A stretch of 64,000 bases of DNA, taken from positions 46,252,001-46,316,000 of the forward strand of contig OZ024745.1 of the NCBI GenBank assembly GCA_964016885.1, given 5' to 3'. The notes beneath the pieces are model-generated. The model saw only the letters and a program-made list of their open reading frames with translations. It was not told the origin of the DNA and did no database searches. Positions 25,381 through 38,957 of the stretch are shown here, in pieces. The DNA comes from Eledone cirrhosa. Taxonomy: Eukaryota. Position 1 is the first letter of the stretch, and every line of letters starts with the position of its first letter. A program made the position numbers and the translations under genes.

Positions 25381-28300
25381 ATACACAGCCAGACACACAC
25401 ACACACACACATATATGGGGGGGGGGTATATATGAATGTGTGTATGTATGCGTAAGTGTGTATCTGTTTGTCTGTGCATGTGTGTGTTTGTGTCTGTGTG
25501 TCTGTGACAATAATATAGTGATTCTATATTTTAAAAAAAGGGAACAACAAAATAAGTACCAAACTTGGGAACTGGTGTTGATGTGTTTGACTAAATCAAA
25601 TCAATGCCCCAGCATTGCCACAATCTGATGACTGAAACCAGTAAAAAAAATTAAATCTATTGAAAAATTGTTTTCTAAATATGGAAGTTAAGATATTCTT
25701 CAAAAAGAATTCACATAATCTTAAGAAATAGAAAGAAGCTTTTATTTTTTCAATGGCAAAATCTTTAACAAAACTAAAAGCAGCAGTTAACTTCCCTGTT
25801 TCAATAAGCCAGTTTTATTTCATTATAATTTCTTTTCCATAAGTTTAAAGTTTATTAAACTAAAGAGAAAATATGATAAAAACTGTACCATATAAATGGC
25901 AATACCTTCACAAATTTTGTCTGCGTGGTTCAGCTGAAATATATCACTCAGACTGGGGTGTAGAGTCTGTTTCTCCTTCCCCCTTTCTCTCACAGGAGCA
26001 AATATTTCAAAAAGTTCTCAAATAATGCAGAGTTAGGGGGAGGCTTGCTGGAAGCATGGGGCTTAGTGACATCACTGAGCCTCTTACCAGAACTACAGGG
26101 TCAAACGACATCATGTGAGTGGAAGGTCTTGCCGTAAGGCCCTCTCTCTTTCTTGACCGTTGCTGAGGGAAGACATGTCTGTGGTTTAAACACAAGTATA
26201 TGTCCTATGTTTTCTTATCAAGGCTGAGCAGATAGGGCTTTCATGGATATTTTCTACTGGGAAAGATCAACAATAGGAGAGGATCAGCAAGGTATGTGGT
26301 TATGTTGTTCCCTTACAACATAAAAAAGGAATTAAAGTAAGTTATTTTCATTGTGATTCTAATAAGATTGTAATGTTGCATGCACTTTACATGCTCACAT
26401 GGGATCAAGACTATCTAAATCTTTTAACACCAATTCACCTGAAACCACAATATGAAGCTGTTTATTTATCTAAAAGTTTTCCATCATAATTTTATGTAAT
26501 TTTATGAACCTTTGTTAACTTATTCTCCAAACACTAGTAATAATGAAAATGTTAGTTATATTACTAAATCCCTCCAAATTCTTGATTACTTTCTTGATCT
26601 GAAAACCATAGACAGTGTCTTGCATTAGAAATATGGTAATGAAACGATTAAGTGGGTGTCCAATAATATGACAAAAAGCTTAAGTATTAGTTGAATAAAT
26701 CACTTAGATGTAAAGGATTGCATATGTGATTACAGCTTTATGTTTTTAGTATAACATGGAACATGGTAGTTGATAAACTAACAACCAGTAGTACTTGAAT
26801 TAATGAATTATTCTCTTGGTCATTATAAAATCAGTCTCAAGCATTATAAAATACCATTTACAAATTTACAGTTTTCTATTTGTTTATAATTAGGAAATAA
26901 ATACAGACATTAAAAACAATAAATAACAGTGTACTGTCATTATTGTCAGCAACAACAACAACAAGTTGCTTAAATGTTGTCATGGGATGGAAGAGTCTGC
27001 ATAACCGTTTATCACTAACCAGCAGTATCCTATATTCCAAATATCTCATCCAATAACTTTCACCTAAGTCAACTTCAGTTTATCAATATCTGTGTTATCA
27101 TCAATCATTAGATCATGACCCCTTTCATATCTATATCATATCAGTTGATTCAATTCCTGACTATTGACCAATGCCTCAAATAAACAACCCTAATCAAGCA
27201 GACTTCTGATTAAAGACATTCCAATGGTGACTATTCTGCCATTCTCTTGGGTACTGTGCACTAAGGGCACATTATCTAATATGTTCTGTTTCTCTAAGAT
27301 CCTAGGGTATGATTTGATGGAGATTTATGTTATTTCTAGTTGGTCATATACCATGTATAGGCTCTCTCTTGGGTTAAATTTTTTATCTCAAGTGTACATG
27401 AAATAAATCTTCCTTTCAAGTTACTGCCTTTCTTGTTTATGCTATATTTTAAAACTTGTTGAATGAGAGTTCTAGTTATTTAATCAATGGAACAGTCTGC
27501 TTGTTAACTTCACAGATGCATCTAATGGTAACATAATTTTCAGGGATATTGTGTGAAAAAGGCTGGTCCTTTGAATTACAGATACAGTCCATCCAACAGA
27601 CATCCAAACATCTACCCACTTTCTCTCCCAAGGGATGGGTTGACTTGAGGCTATGGTAAATGACACCCTATCTCTCAATAGCAAGGATAAGGAACTCCAC
27701 AAGTTTATAAACAATAGCATTGTTGACAACAGATTTCCTATGGACTAATCTCTAGTTCACTGTAGTTCCAAAGGTGTGTGTGACAAGAAAACATCTGTAA
27801 CTTGGTACAAAACAAATATATATCGCAAGAGAATTTCTTCGAAGGACCCCAGGTTTTCATTTTCTTTTTCATGCTGTTATTTACACAACCCACTCAACCA
27901 AAAGATACATACATACATGATGGCAGTCACCCTGTGATCGAGTATAACTATCAAATAACATCAGCTTAAGTCCTGTGGGTGCTGTAAATGAATATGGCTT
28001 TTCAGGCCTGCAACTGACTTGCAGTGTTTTGCACATAGTCAGCAGGTGTGCAACACTCTTGATATAACACCACTGGCCTCTTGAAATTATTCACTAACTA
28101 TTTCTCTATTATTGAATTTATAAAACCATATTCACTTTCAGTCCATGTTTTCTTCAGGCTATGCTCATCTTTATTTCAATTCAATTAATATAGATCCCTT
28201 AGAAATATTGAATATTTTATGCAGCTCTTTATTTAATTATGCACATAAAACTAAAGAGATTGTTAATTCTGTATTGCTTTGTAACAGTCTTAAACATAAG

Positions 28301-29599
28301 TCAGAACATGGATTATTCTCAAGTTTGAAAAATACTCTCTGCTTTTAGTGTTTGTGCTGCAGCTGACACCAGAAATACATCAACCTAAATACCAATTCAA
28401 ATGTGAAAACCTAAACTATATTCTTTCTTTCACTAACATTACCTTAAATATTCAATAATTGCTTGTATAATTTATTCATTTCTTTCTATATATATGTGTA
28501 TATATATATACACACACAGGCATATATACATACATATATTGGGAATTACCAGTTTACACTAGTAAGACCATTGTTTAGCTAAGTACTCGATACTTGTGAA
28601 AGTAGAGTGTAGGTATTGTATATATAAAAGTTTATAGTAGTATTCACTATCAGACTTCAAAAGCAGCTCTTAACTACATAACCAATCAATCAAGTTCTTG
28701 CTACTGGTGCAACCAGTCATTGGGGTGCCACTATGGTAGTTACCAGTGTATGGCTGGAAATGTCTTAGAACCAGAAGTGAGAGTCAGGTGAAAACTAATG
28801 TACTTGTCCAGACATCAAGGTATTCTCTAAATTAAAAAACCCCAGTTTTAAGATATATTTTTAAAATACCATAGGTTAATCGATGGCTACTATTATCCTG
28901 CTTGATATTTTTACAATCTCTAAAGGTTAAAAATTATTCACTTTCTTCCAATGATCTGTCAGAGTTTCAAATGTTTGATTATTGGCTAACAATTTAGATT
29001 TCTCGCCTAGAATGACCATAACCTATTAAACTATGCACTTTACGCGTTTTTGGATCAATACCTGTTCAGGTTTACCCTCAATACCCCTAAAGATAATCTA
29101 CTGAATGATGATGATTAAGAATAAACACAATGATAACAATATCTTTGTTAAAAATCCATGAGCCATTTACATGAATATTATTGTGTAAGGCTTTCCTGTT
29201 CACCAAGTAATGATGGGTATAAATCAATACTATGGCTGCAAACATGTAGTCCGTTTAGTATTATGTACATTATAATAATAGCCATCACCTGTTATTCTGT
29301 TGTACCTCACTTAATGCTTTCACATCTTTTTCATCTCCTATTCACTGATTTCAACTATTGCACTCTACATATTTCTATAAATATATACAATAATACTACA
29401 ACTCCCCTTCTAGGTATAATGATTTTCATATTAGGAAGGGGTAAAGTTGATTAACTGAATCCTAATTTATATCAAGTACATATTTATTGATCAACATCAT
29501 TTAACAAGATTATTGGCAAAGTCGACTCTAGTTTAGTTTGAATTAAATTCATTGGTCATTAACTGCTGCATTTATTATTGAATTTATTATCATGCATTA

Positions 29600-31165
29600 T
29601 TATATGGATGGCAGAATCATTAAAGCATCAGAAAAATGCTTTGCAATATTTAGTTATGACCGTTTACTGTCTGAGTTCAAATACTACTGTGGATAATTTA
29701 CCTTTTGTTATTCCAGGGTCAATAAAATATATACCATTCAATTACTGAAATCAGTTTAGTTAACTTTTTTCTCCTAATCCAAGTTTTGGCCATGTACCTA
29801 TGTAAGAAATCATTATGTCTTATTAAATATGGTGGTGACAGACAAAATATGTAGAGCAACAGTTGAGATGCTTTGAGATACTTAGTTAATTTCTTATATG
29901 ATTTGAGTTCGAACCTCACCAGAGTCAAATTTGTGTTTCCTCTGTGCAGGCCTAATATAATAAGCAACAATTAAGAACTGGAGTTGATATAATTAAATAT
30001 CCACCCTGCCGAGGTTAGCTTTGCCTTTCACCCTTATGGGGTTGCACTGGAGTCGATTTAATTGACTTTCCCCTCCCGCCAAATTACTGGCCTTGTGCCT
30101 ATACTAGAAATCATTATTATATTATATGATCAATAAGGATCAATAAGGGCGGTGGATTGGCAGTATCGGTAGAGGGTCGGACGCCATGCTTTCCAGCATA
30201 GTTATGTCCCTTTACAATCTGAGTTCAAATCCCGCCGAGGTTGACTTTGCCTTTCATCCTTACGGGGTTGATAAAATAAAGTACCAGTAATGCACTGGGT
30301 AATTGCTGGCCTTGTGCCTAAAGTAGAAACAATTATTATATTATATGATATGATAGGATGAAAGGCAAAGTTAACTTTGGCGGGATTTGAACTCAGAACG
30401 GCCCTTGCCATTCTGAGTTCAAATCCCGCCAAGGTTAACTTTGCCTTTCATCCTTACGGGGGTCGATAAAATAGAGTACCAGTAATGTACTGGGTAATTG
30501 CTGGCCTTGTGCCAATAGTAGAAACAATTATTATATGATATGATTAAGATGGTGGATTGGAAGAATTGTTAGTGTCATACAAGTGTTTTGCAGTATCTAT
30601 TCAAGCTTTTTATGTACTAAGTTCAAATCCTACCAAGGTCAACTTTGCCTTTCATCTTTCCAGGATCAATAAAATAAAGTATCAGTCATGTATTGGGGTT
30701 AATATAATCAACTTTTCTGTCCCCCAACATCAGAAATCATTATTGTGGATTGGCAGTATCGGTAGAGGGTCGGACATCATGCTTTCCAGCATAGTTACGT
30801 CCCTTTACAATCTGAGTTCAAATCCCGTCGAGGTTAACGTTGCCTTTCATCCTTACGGGGTCGATAAAATAAAGTACCAGTAATACACTGGGTAATTGCT
30901 GGCCTTGTGTCTAAAGTAGAAACAATTATTGTATTATATGGCCAGTGGATAGGCAGAATTGTTAGAGTGTTGCACAAAATGTTTAGCAGTATTTAACTAT
31001 GACTGTCTATGTTCTGAGTTCATATCCTGGTGAGGTCAACTTTGCCTTTCATTCTTCTGAGGTGGATAAAATAAAGTACCAGTTAAGTACTGGGGTGAAT
31101 ATAATCAACTTTCCCCTCCCCAACAAAATTATAGACCTTGTGTATACATTAGAAATCCTTACTAT
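29600..31165 (+). mobile_element. Head-to-tail cluster of ~8 SINE family 2 copies of mixed age
   Basis: Repeated GAGTTCAAAT..TTTGCCTTTCATCC..GATAAAATAAAGTACC units at ~29670, 29905, 30010, 30220, 30415, 30620, 30815 and 31015. Confidence 0.85.
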
Positions 31166-31575
31166 ATTATATGATTGACATTTTAGTATCTTTTATTCTC
31201 TCACTGGTTTTAGTCATTAAATTACAGCCAGATTCACATACTACTTTCAAATATTTTGGTCTCAGTATTTTGTCAGACACTTATTTTATTAACCACAAGG
31301 TAGTCATACTAGTGCCATGAAAAAAGCACCCAATCAACCCTGGAAGGTGGTTGTACTAGTGCGATGACAAAAAGCACTCTGTCTACCCTGTAAGGTGGAA
31401 GTGTTGTTGCCACGAAAAAAAGTTCCCAGTACATGCAGTAGTAAAGTAGATGGCATTAGAAAGGACATTTAGCCACAGAAAAATAAATCAAAATTTCATT
31501 GTATAACCAAGATAGACATGGTCACCTGATCTGTCTGGCTTCATAATGTGACAAACCATCTAACCTACATATATA

Positions 31576-31740
31576 TATCAATAATATTAATAAATGGAAA
31601 CTATCTTTATAAAACCATAAAGATAGTTTCCATTTATTGATATTATTGATATTATACTCCAGAAGAATACTGTAGAGTGCTTCAAATCTGTTATAAATAA
31701 ATTTGTTGAATAACCAACAAATTAAATAACTCTTTGCTTA
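31576..31740. mobile_element. Fold-back insert family D, truncated before the ribozyme
   Basis: Palindrome 31576-31650; tail homologous to 51985-52105 (reverse complement). Confidence 0.65.
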
Positions 31741-32409
31741 TATATATATATATGAATGAATAAATAAATGTGTGTGTTTATGTGTATTTTTTGTGTATGT
31801 ATGAGACTCAGTTTACTACATGGGTCTTCATATCACAACATTTAACTACTAACATGTAATGATTTATCAGAAAATATCTAAAAACACGTTTGTTAATTCA
31901 AATGCTTACAGTATCTTTATTGGTGGACAGATCGTTGTAAACAGTTGCTATAAACTAAAGTAAAGACTATTTTTAATGTGATGCTGTCATAGTGCTGTTT
32001 TATACTTTTCAAGAATGCAGTTTCATGCAGTACAAGATGTTAAGATTTAAAGCAAGCTTTGACAATTGTTAATGTCCCACATAAACTATGTCCTGCTGTA
32101 TAATGGTTCAATAAATAAATAAAGTCTAATCAGAGAAAAGTCTTGTCTAATTGATATTAGCATTGAAAAGAAGACATAAAAACAATGGAAAATGTTTCTT
32201 TTTTCATTTCTTCCTCTTCTCACTCTCATCTGTCTTTCTATGTCTTCTTTTATTATGCATTCTATCTTCTGATAAAGAACTAATGGCCAGAATGCTAATA
32301 CTCTTTTCATACTATACTATATCAAGCATTAAAGTGGTATATATATATATCTTCATTGTACTGTATCATTTGGCTGTCTTATTTATTTGTTTCCTTTTTG
32401 CATCATAAT

Positions 32410-32600
32410 CATTGTCGTTCCAAGTCTCAGACCCGTACAGCAGCACAGACTCCACTACAGGAATGAAGAGGCAGATTTTCAGGTCTTTACAAAGGACAGA
32501 CACTGGTCTGTTGGAGATGCAGGACATGGCAGCGATAATGAGGGACAGAGACCACTGGAGAGAACTCATCCATGGAATTTTACCCGCCCTAGATAGATAT
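32410..32600. mobile_element. RTE 3' fragment with inverted 5' piece
   Basis: Minus strand KICLFIPVVESVLLYGSETW joined to plus strand DTGL..MRDRDHWR. Confidence 0.65.
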
Positions 32601-32617
32601 ATATATATATATATATA

Positions 32618-32714
32618 TAAAATAATAAACAATCTTCGGCCTCCAGGATGCATGGTAGATTATTTTAGACTTATTTTAGGAAGAAAGTAGTGTCTTCAAC
32701 GCCAGGAAATACGG
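32618..32714 (-). mobile_element. Partial MITE copy
   Basis: Reverse complement of 33283-33378. Confidence 0.75.
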
Positions 32715-32734
32715 TATATTCAGCATTTTTCAGC

Positions 32735-33029
32735 ATTTTACGTCCGCTTTTCCCTGCTTGCAAGGGTGGGACGGGAACTGATTCTGGCTTGATTTCTGCA
32801 GCTGGATGCCCTTCCTAACACCAACCTCATTTACAGTGAGTGCTGGGTGCTTTTTTGCCGTGGCACCTCCACGACCACTTTAGAGTGGAATGATATGGAG
32901 CCCAGTCCTATCATCTCATTTCTACAGCTGAGTAAACTGGAGCAATGTGAAATAAAGTGTCTTGCTCAAGGAAACAACACATCACCCGGTCTGAGAATTG
33001 AACTCACAACCTTTCGATTGCAAGGCCAA
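32735..33029 (-). mobile_element. SINE family 1, 5'-truncated
   Basis: Matches consensus. Confidence 0.9.
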
Positions 33030-33220
33030 TATATATATATTTCTTTAGGTCGTTTTGGAAGCCTCAACAATGCAGATGGGTAAATCTCCGGGTAACAAGA
33101 TCCGGTGGAGGAGAGAGAGATGTAAGTGAATGTAAGTTGAGATGTGTAACGGGTAGAAGAATGTAGGAAAGAGCGTAAAGGATAAAAATAATAACACGAG
33201 ATAGTCTTGGGAGAGATTTA

Positions 33221-33282
<62 letters not shown>

Positions 33283-33283
<1 letters not shown>

Positions 33284-33449
33284 TGTATTTCCTGACGTCG
33301 AAGACACTACTTTCTTCCTAAAATAAGTCTCAAAAATCAACCATGCATCCTGGAGGCCAAAGATTGTTTATTATTTTTTTTTTATTTTTGGTTGTCAAAA
33401 TTAGGGTGCATCCTCGAGGACAAAGCTTCTTCAGTGCCGGGAAATACAG
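33283..33449 (+). mobile_element. Tc1/mariner-pogo-type MITE
   Basis: ta-CTGTATTTCCTGAC ... GCCGGGAAATACAG-ta; TIRs and TA TSD. Confidence 0.75.
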
Positions 33450-33451
33450 TA

Positions 33452-33695
33452 ATTATTTCATTACCGAAGGTTTCAAGAAACTAGATGATTCTTGCAAGAA
33501 ACATCTAGCTCGTTCATCAGACAAAACATCTAAACATAATTGTTTTGTCTGACAAATGAGCTAGATGTTTCTTGCAAGAATCATCTAGTTTCTTGAAACC
33601 CTCGGTAATGAAATTATTATATTGTGTTGCTTATTATGTAATTAAATAGCTCTGTACAATACATGGAGCATTCTTCTTTCCTTTACATTTTCTAC
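33452..33695. mobile_element. Fold-back insert with ~75-bp arms and tail
   Basis: 33455-33528 is the reverse complement of 33541-33614. Confidence 0.75.
33456..33526 (-). ncRNA. Type I hammerhead ribozyme motif
   Basis: tttgt-CTGATGA-ac-gagctagatg..cttgcaag..catctagtttc-tt-GAAA-ccttcgg-TA-atgaa. Confidence 0.7.
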
Positions 33696-33930
33696 GTTTA
33701 ATGTCCATCTTCCACGCTAGCATGGGTTACGCGGGAGTTGTCCCACTTGAGGCAAGGTTGGTCGGGTGACCGTGTCTCGCTCATATAGGACTATCTGGCA
33801 GGTTTTCTACGGCTGGATGCCCTTCCTAACACAAACCACATTTACAGTGTGGAACTGGGAACTTTTTACCGTGTTACCTACACGGCCACATTACAGCGTG
33901 GACTGTGTGTTTTTTTGTCGTGACACCTAT
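33696..33930 (-). mobile_element. RTE 3' UTR fragment with 48-bp units
   Basis: Reverse complement of the 60270-60490 region. Confidence 0.75.
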
Positions 33931-34840
33931 TATATATATATATATGTGAATAGTGTGTTTCATTATCAGTTTCACATATGTCTAACATCAGTACACGTTA
34001 GCAAATTAAAGAGAAATATTCTACATAATCACTTGAACCATTTTAATGCAGTAGTGATATGTTCTTTAGCAACATTCCTTACTATTAAACTAATAGCTGA
34101 TCACACAATCTAATCTGCTCCCTAATAAGACATCAAGCAGTTCAATTGGTATTAAATTGGGAAGGGATTAAATTCGAGTTGAGATTACTGAATTAATTAA
34201 TTTACTGAAAAAAAATTATTTTACTGAAAAAATAAATTACATTAAATATGTTTTTTTTTTTTAATTTGTTTATCTGTACATGCACATACACAAAATATCA
34301 CACACATAGTAGCATAGTATGAGTTTTCAGCACATAAGCCTAAAAACCCTTTTGATACCCCCAACCAGAGGAAATTTTGTACTACTTCCAAATTGCAACT
34401 ATAGGAGGGGCTCTCCTCTCACCACCCTATGTCATTTATGTCCCTGTATATATATATATATTTACCATATATACTCATGTATAAGCTGACCTGAATAGAA
34501 GCCAATCCTTCTATTTTATGTCTAAGAAATGGACAAGAATTCAACGCCATGCATAAGCCAAGGCAGTTAATCAACACATTATGTTTAGGTAGAGCTGGTT
34601 TTGTTTCATAGTATCAGAGCTGGTTTTGACCAGGCTGGTATCAACAGGGTTAAAGTATTTATATTTATCTAAAAACCTTCAGTTAAAATTTTATGTAAGA
34701 ATCCTTAATTATACTTTAAACATCAGCTTAATAATAAGAAAGTTAAATACCATATATACTTGTGTATAAGCCAAGAAATATATTACAAAGAAAAATGGAT
34801 GATAAATGACATATTTGAGGTCATTATTTTGACAATTTTC

Positions 34841-35027
34841 GATGGATTGGCAGTATCGGTAGAGGGTCGGACGCCATGCTTTGACGCATAGAGTTACGGT
34901 CTTTGCCATTCTGAGTTCAAATCCCGCCGAGGTTAACTTTGCCTTTCATCCTTACGGGGTCGATAAAATAAAGTACCAGTAATGCACTGGATAATTGCTG
35001 GCCTTGTGCCAAAAAGTAGAAACAATT
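34841..35027 (+). mobile_element. SINE family 2 with TSD
   Basis: ATTTTGACAATTTTC on both sides. Confidence 0.9.
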
Positions 35028-36129
35028 ATTTTGACAATTTTCACTAACTTCAGCATCTATATAAGAAAGGTGCCAAGAGTGAACAATATTCTTATGAAGT
35101 TTTAATACATTAATGTCTAAAATACAAAGTAGTATAGTTAATATGTAGCATTATGAGATATGTAATAAATGACTGATAAGTTTCAGAAAGTCAGTACAAT
35201 GTAGTAGAAACATATAAAGGGCAAAGGATGACAAATAAAACAAAACAAAGTAATGTATATACTCAATATATTTCAACACAATATTTCAGAGTTAATACCC
35301 TCTTTTCAAATGTAAAAACAAAAACAGTTCAAAACAAAATGAACAATCGATGTGTTCTTCTCTAACTGGCCTGTCCAACCCATGCCAACATGGAAAGCAG
35401 ATGGAAAATGATGATGAATGCACATACATCATCATCATCATCATCATTTAACATCTATCTTCCACGCTAGCATGGGTTAAACGAGTTTGTCCCATGTATA
35501 AATATATTCAAGTATATCACATATACACACATTACATTAAAACACATGTACATGCATGTCCATAAAGGATTTAAACTAGTGATAAATCCACATACACACA
35601 ATCTCATATGCAGTCAGACATATACAGTTATATCCATATACATGACTGTCTCATTCACACTCTTTCACTCTATCTCTCTCTCCTTTTCTTTCCATCTCTC
35701 TCTCTTATCACCTTCTCTATATATCTCTATTCCTTTCCATTTTTATTCTCTAATCAATAGAGATTTTGAGCATTGCAGTATGTCGTTCCTGACCTTAATG
35801 TAGATCGCAGTTTCTATTACAATCTGATGTACTGACTGCACTTCAGACTTTCATATTTATAGTAAAACAGTAGAATATCTGACCAAGTGGTTAAGGTGTT
35901 CGGCTCATGATTGTAAGGACAAGGGTTTGATTCTCAGATTCATTGGGTCAGGCAGTGTGCTTTTGAGCAAGACTCTTCATTTTACGTTGCTCCAGTCAAT
36001 TCAGCTGAAAATGAGTACCAATAACAGGTGGGGATGAAGTCAACACCAATAATTCCAATAAATGTTCTTGTTGTTTTATTTTTATTTACTTGCTCCAAGC
36101 AAGATAATAGAGCTACTAAAATTCAAGGT

Positions 36130-36290
36130 GTTACTGAGAAGGGAAAAGGACAAAACAAAGAGAATATAATTGAAGGAGAGAGATGACAACTGGTGTTGCT
36201 TTTGAATCTGTTGTAGGCAGAAGAGAATTCCATAGACAAAAGGTGTTGGGGAAGAAACTATCAGAATATAATTTGCAATTATATTTAGTT
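36130..36290 (-). mobile_element. CR1/L2-like LINE 3' stub
   Basis: Minus-strand translation YSDSFFPNTFCLWNSL. Confidence 0.45.
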
Positions 36291-37220
36291 CTATGCTAAA
36301 CTATTGCTAAACTATCGCCTTTTGGGAAGGACCCTTCAGTTGTGTCAAGAATATAAAACCCTCCCTAGTGTTGGTGATCTAGGATTGTTCTGGAGTTTAG
36401 CTTGTGTTGTTTTAGTGTTTGATCTGTTGTGTATAATATGTGTATGATGTTTGTACGTTGTGTGTAATGTGCTTTGTTCTATTTTATTAGGTATTAATCT
36501 TGTAGAGTTATATGTGAAAATTGTTCTATTTGAGCTGTGCTATTGAATCAATAGTCTTGTGTGTGGGATGTGGGCTGTTCCTAGCAGACAGTGTGGAGAA
36601 TGAGGAGGACAGTAAAGTAGAATTAATCCTTAACAAAACAGGGCTGACAGGCTAAAAGTCATTCTGGAGAAAATTTAAACTCAGAACTATAAACTATGAA
36701 TCTAACGCAGTTCCCAACATAAATTTCCAGTGATGATAAACTGTTTTGGATGCTACTGTGGTACAAAGTACACCAGTCTATTTCTACGGGGTGGAGTGGT
36801 TTTATACTTACATGTGTGCATAGCTAATACAGATTCCCTACTCATTTTTCCTCTCCTTAGAAACATCATGACAACCTGTAAAGCTAGTAGTTCAATAATT
36901 GATTAATCATAGTATTGTTGATATTTCAATAGAGATTGTTACAGTAGCTAGTACTGCTGCTATTGTCATCCTGCTTTAATAATTTTTCTGAATAACTATA
37001 TTAATTGATTTTACAGGCAAAAACCAACTGGCAAGAGACCCAGGGGTAGACACTGAGCAAGATGGTTGGATAACATCTATGAGCTTGGCTGGTTAGGCTT
37101 GGGGATCCAGCCAGATCAGTTGGAGACAGTTGCTTCTGACAGGACCCGCTGGAAGAAGTGGTTGAGGACTCTGCCCCCACGACCCTCTCTGGAATAAGTA
37201 ATAAGTGGCAGCAGCAGCAG

Positions 37221-37338
37221 CAGAAGAAGAAGAAGAAGAAGAAGAAGAAGAAGAAGAAGAAGAAGAAGAAGAAGAAGAAGAAGAAGAAGAAGAAGAAGAA
37301 GAAGAAGAAGAAGAAGAAGAAGAAGAAGAAGAAGAAGA
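37221..37338. repeat. (AAG)n microsatellite
   Basis: Pure AAG run, preceded by a short (CAG)n. Confidence 0.98.
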
Positions 37339-37400
37339 ACTATATTAATTTCTTTTGACCCAGGCAGAAAGACAATTTTTTGTATGAGAGGAATATAGTT

Positions 37401-37675
37401 TCATCATCATTTCATCATCATTTCATTTTACGTCCACTTTTCCCTGCTTGCAAGGGTGGGACGGGAACTGATTCTGGCTTGATTTCTACAGCTGGATGCC
37501 CTTCCTAACACCAACCTCATTTACAGTGAGTGCTGGGTGCTTTTTTGCCGTGGCACCTCCACGACCACTTTGCAGTGGAAAGATAGGGACCCAAGTCCCT
37601 ATCATCTCATTTCTACAGCTGAGTAAACTGGAGCAATGTGAAATAAAGTGTCTTGCTCAAGGAAACAACACATCA
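37401..37675 (-). mobile_element. SINE family 1, head deleted
   Basis: Matches consensus tail and central domain. Confidence 0.88.
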
Positions 37676-37844
37676 GTTTAGATCACTTAATTTACTAGTA
37701 CTTGTTCTAGCCACATTACATTGCCCATAACTTTCAAATAATTTTGAAAATAATTAAGAATTTGGAAAGATATAACTAACTAACTTTCTCACTGATCTAA
37801 CATTTAGAACATAGCTTAATAATGGTTGTTACATAAAATTGTGA

Positions 37845-38957
37845 TGGAGACTAATCACAGGCAAACAACAGAGATATAAACTCTATTGGGTAGGAAATGA
37901 TGATGGAGTAGGAGGTGTAAGCATCTTACTAACTGAGAAGTGGGTAGATAAGGTGATAGAGGTAGTTAGAGTAAGTGACAAAATCATCAAGTTTAGAATA
38001 GCTGTAGGAAATAGAATGGTGACAATTATATTTACCTATACCCTACAGGAAGGACTAAGTAAAAACCAAAAGGACAGGTTCTATGAAGAACTTTTACAGA
38101 AAACCTGATGAAAGAGACCTCATCATCCTGGTAGGTGACTTCAATGGACATGTGGGGCAGTACCAGGACAGATTCTGTGGAGTTCATGGCAGCTATAATT
38201 ATGGCTCAAGAAATTAAGAGGGATTGAGGCTCCTGGAATTCTGTGACATGAATGAACTAACACAACACAAATTTCAGGAAACTGGCCAGCCACCCAATTT
38301 CATATCAATAGGCAAACACACAAGCCAAATTGATTACTTACTCATAAGACAATGAGATAAATTGACTGTAATAAACACTAAGGCCTTCCCTGGGGGAAGA
38401 ATGACCTAACACAAGTTAGTCATTCATGATATCATATTAAACACAAGACAGAACAAGATACACAGGAAAATATGGAGATGGAGAGTTTGGAAGCTAAATG
38501 ACCTTCCAGTTATATATAGGTTTAGATATGCCCTACAGGATGCAACAGATGAGAGGAGAGATGAGCTAGGTACATATAACATAGAGGACAACTGCAAATT
38601 CCTATATGACAACTTTTTGCAAACTACTGAAGAGACCTGTGGCTGGAGCAAAGCACCAGCCAGACAGAGGGTGACCTGGTGATGGAACAGTACAGTGGGT
38701 AGAGTCATTAAGGCCAAGAGACAAGCATGGAATGACTGGAAAAATGGGGATAGCAGAGACCAGTACCAGGCAACTAAGAGAGAAGCTAGATGACAGGTAA
38801 ACACAGCTCAAAGAGAGGCTGAAAAAAGAAAGTTTGCCAATGTCTTGAGTCATGAGGACCAGAGATGTGAAGTGTTCCGTTTTGCAAGGCAGTGAGATAG
38901 AGTGAATCAAGATGTTGTTGGGGTGAAATGTGTTAGAAATGATGCTGGTGTACTTCA
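37845..38957 (+). mobile_element. Decayed RTE LINE, endonuclease and linker region
   Basis: GVGGV..L..KW, TYAL, GDFNGHVG, SQIDYLL, TW*WN motifs with stops and frameshifts. Confidence 0.85.

Noticed and set aside
35270-35315. Hammerhead-like motif on minus strand (also ~20565-20600 and ~23400-23445)
   Set aside because: Core too degenerate (e.g. TTGAAAA) and no inverted arm; could be chance in AT-rich DNA
37158-37358. Poly-Lys ORF
   Set aside because: (AAG)n microsatellite
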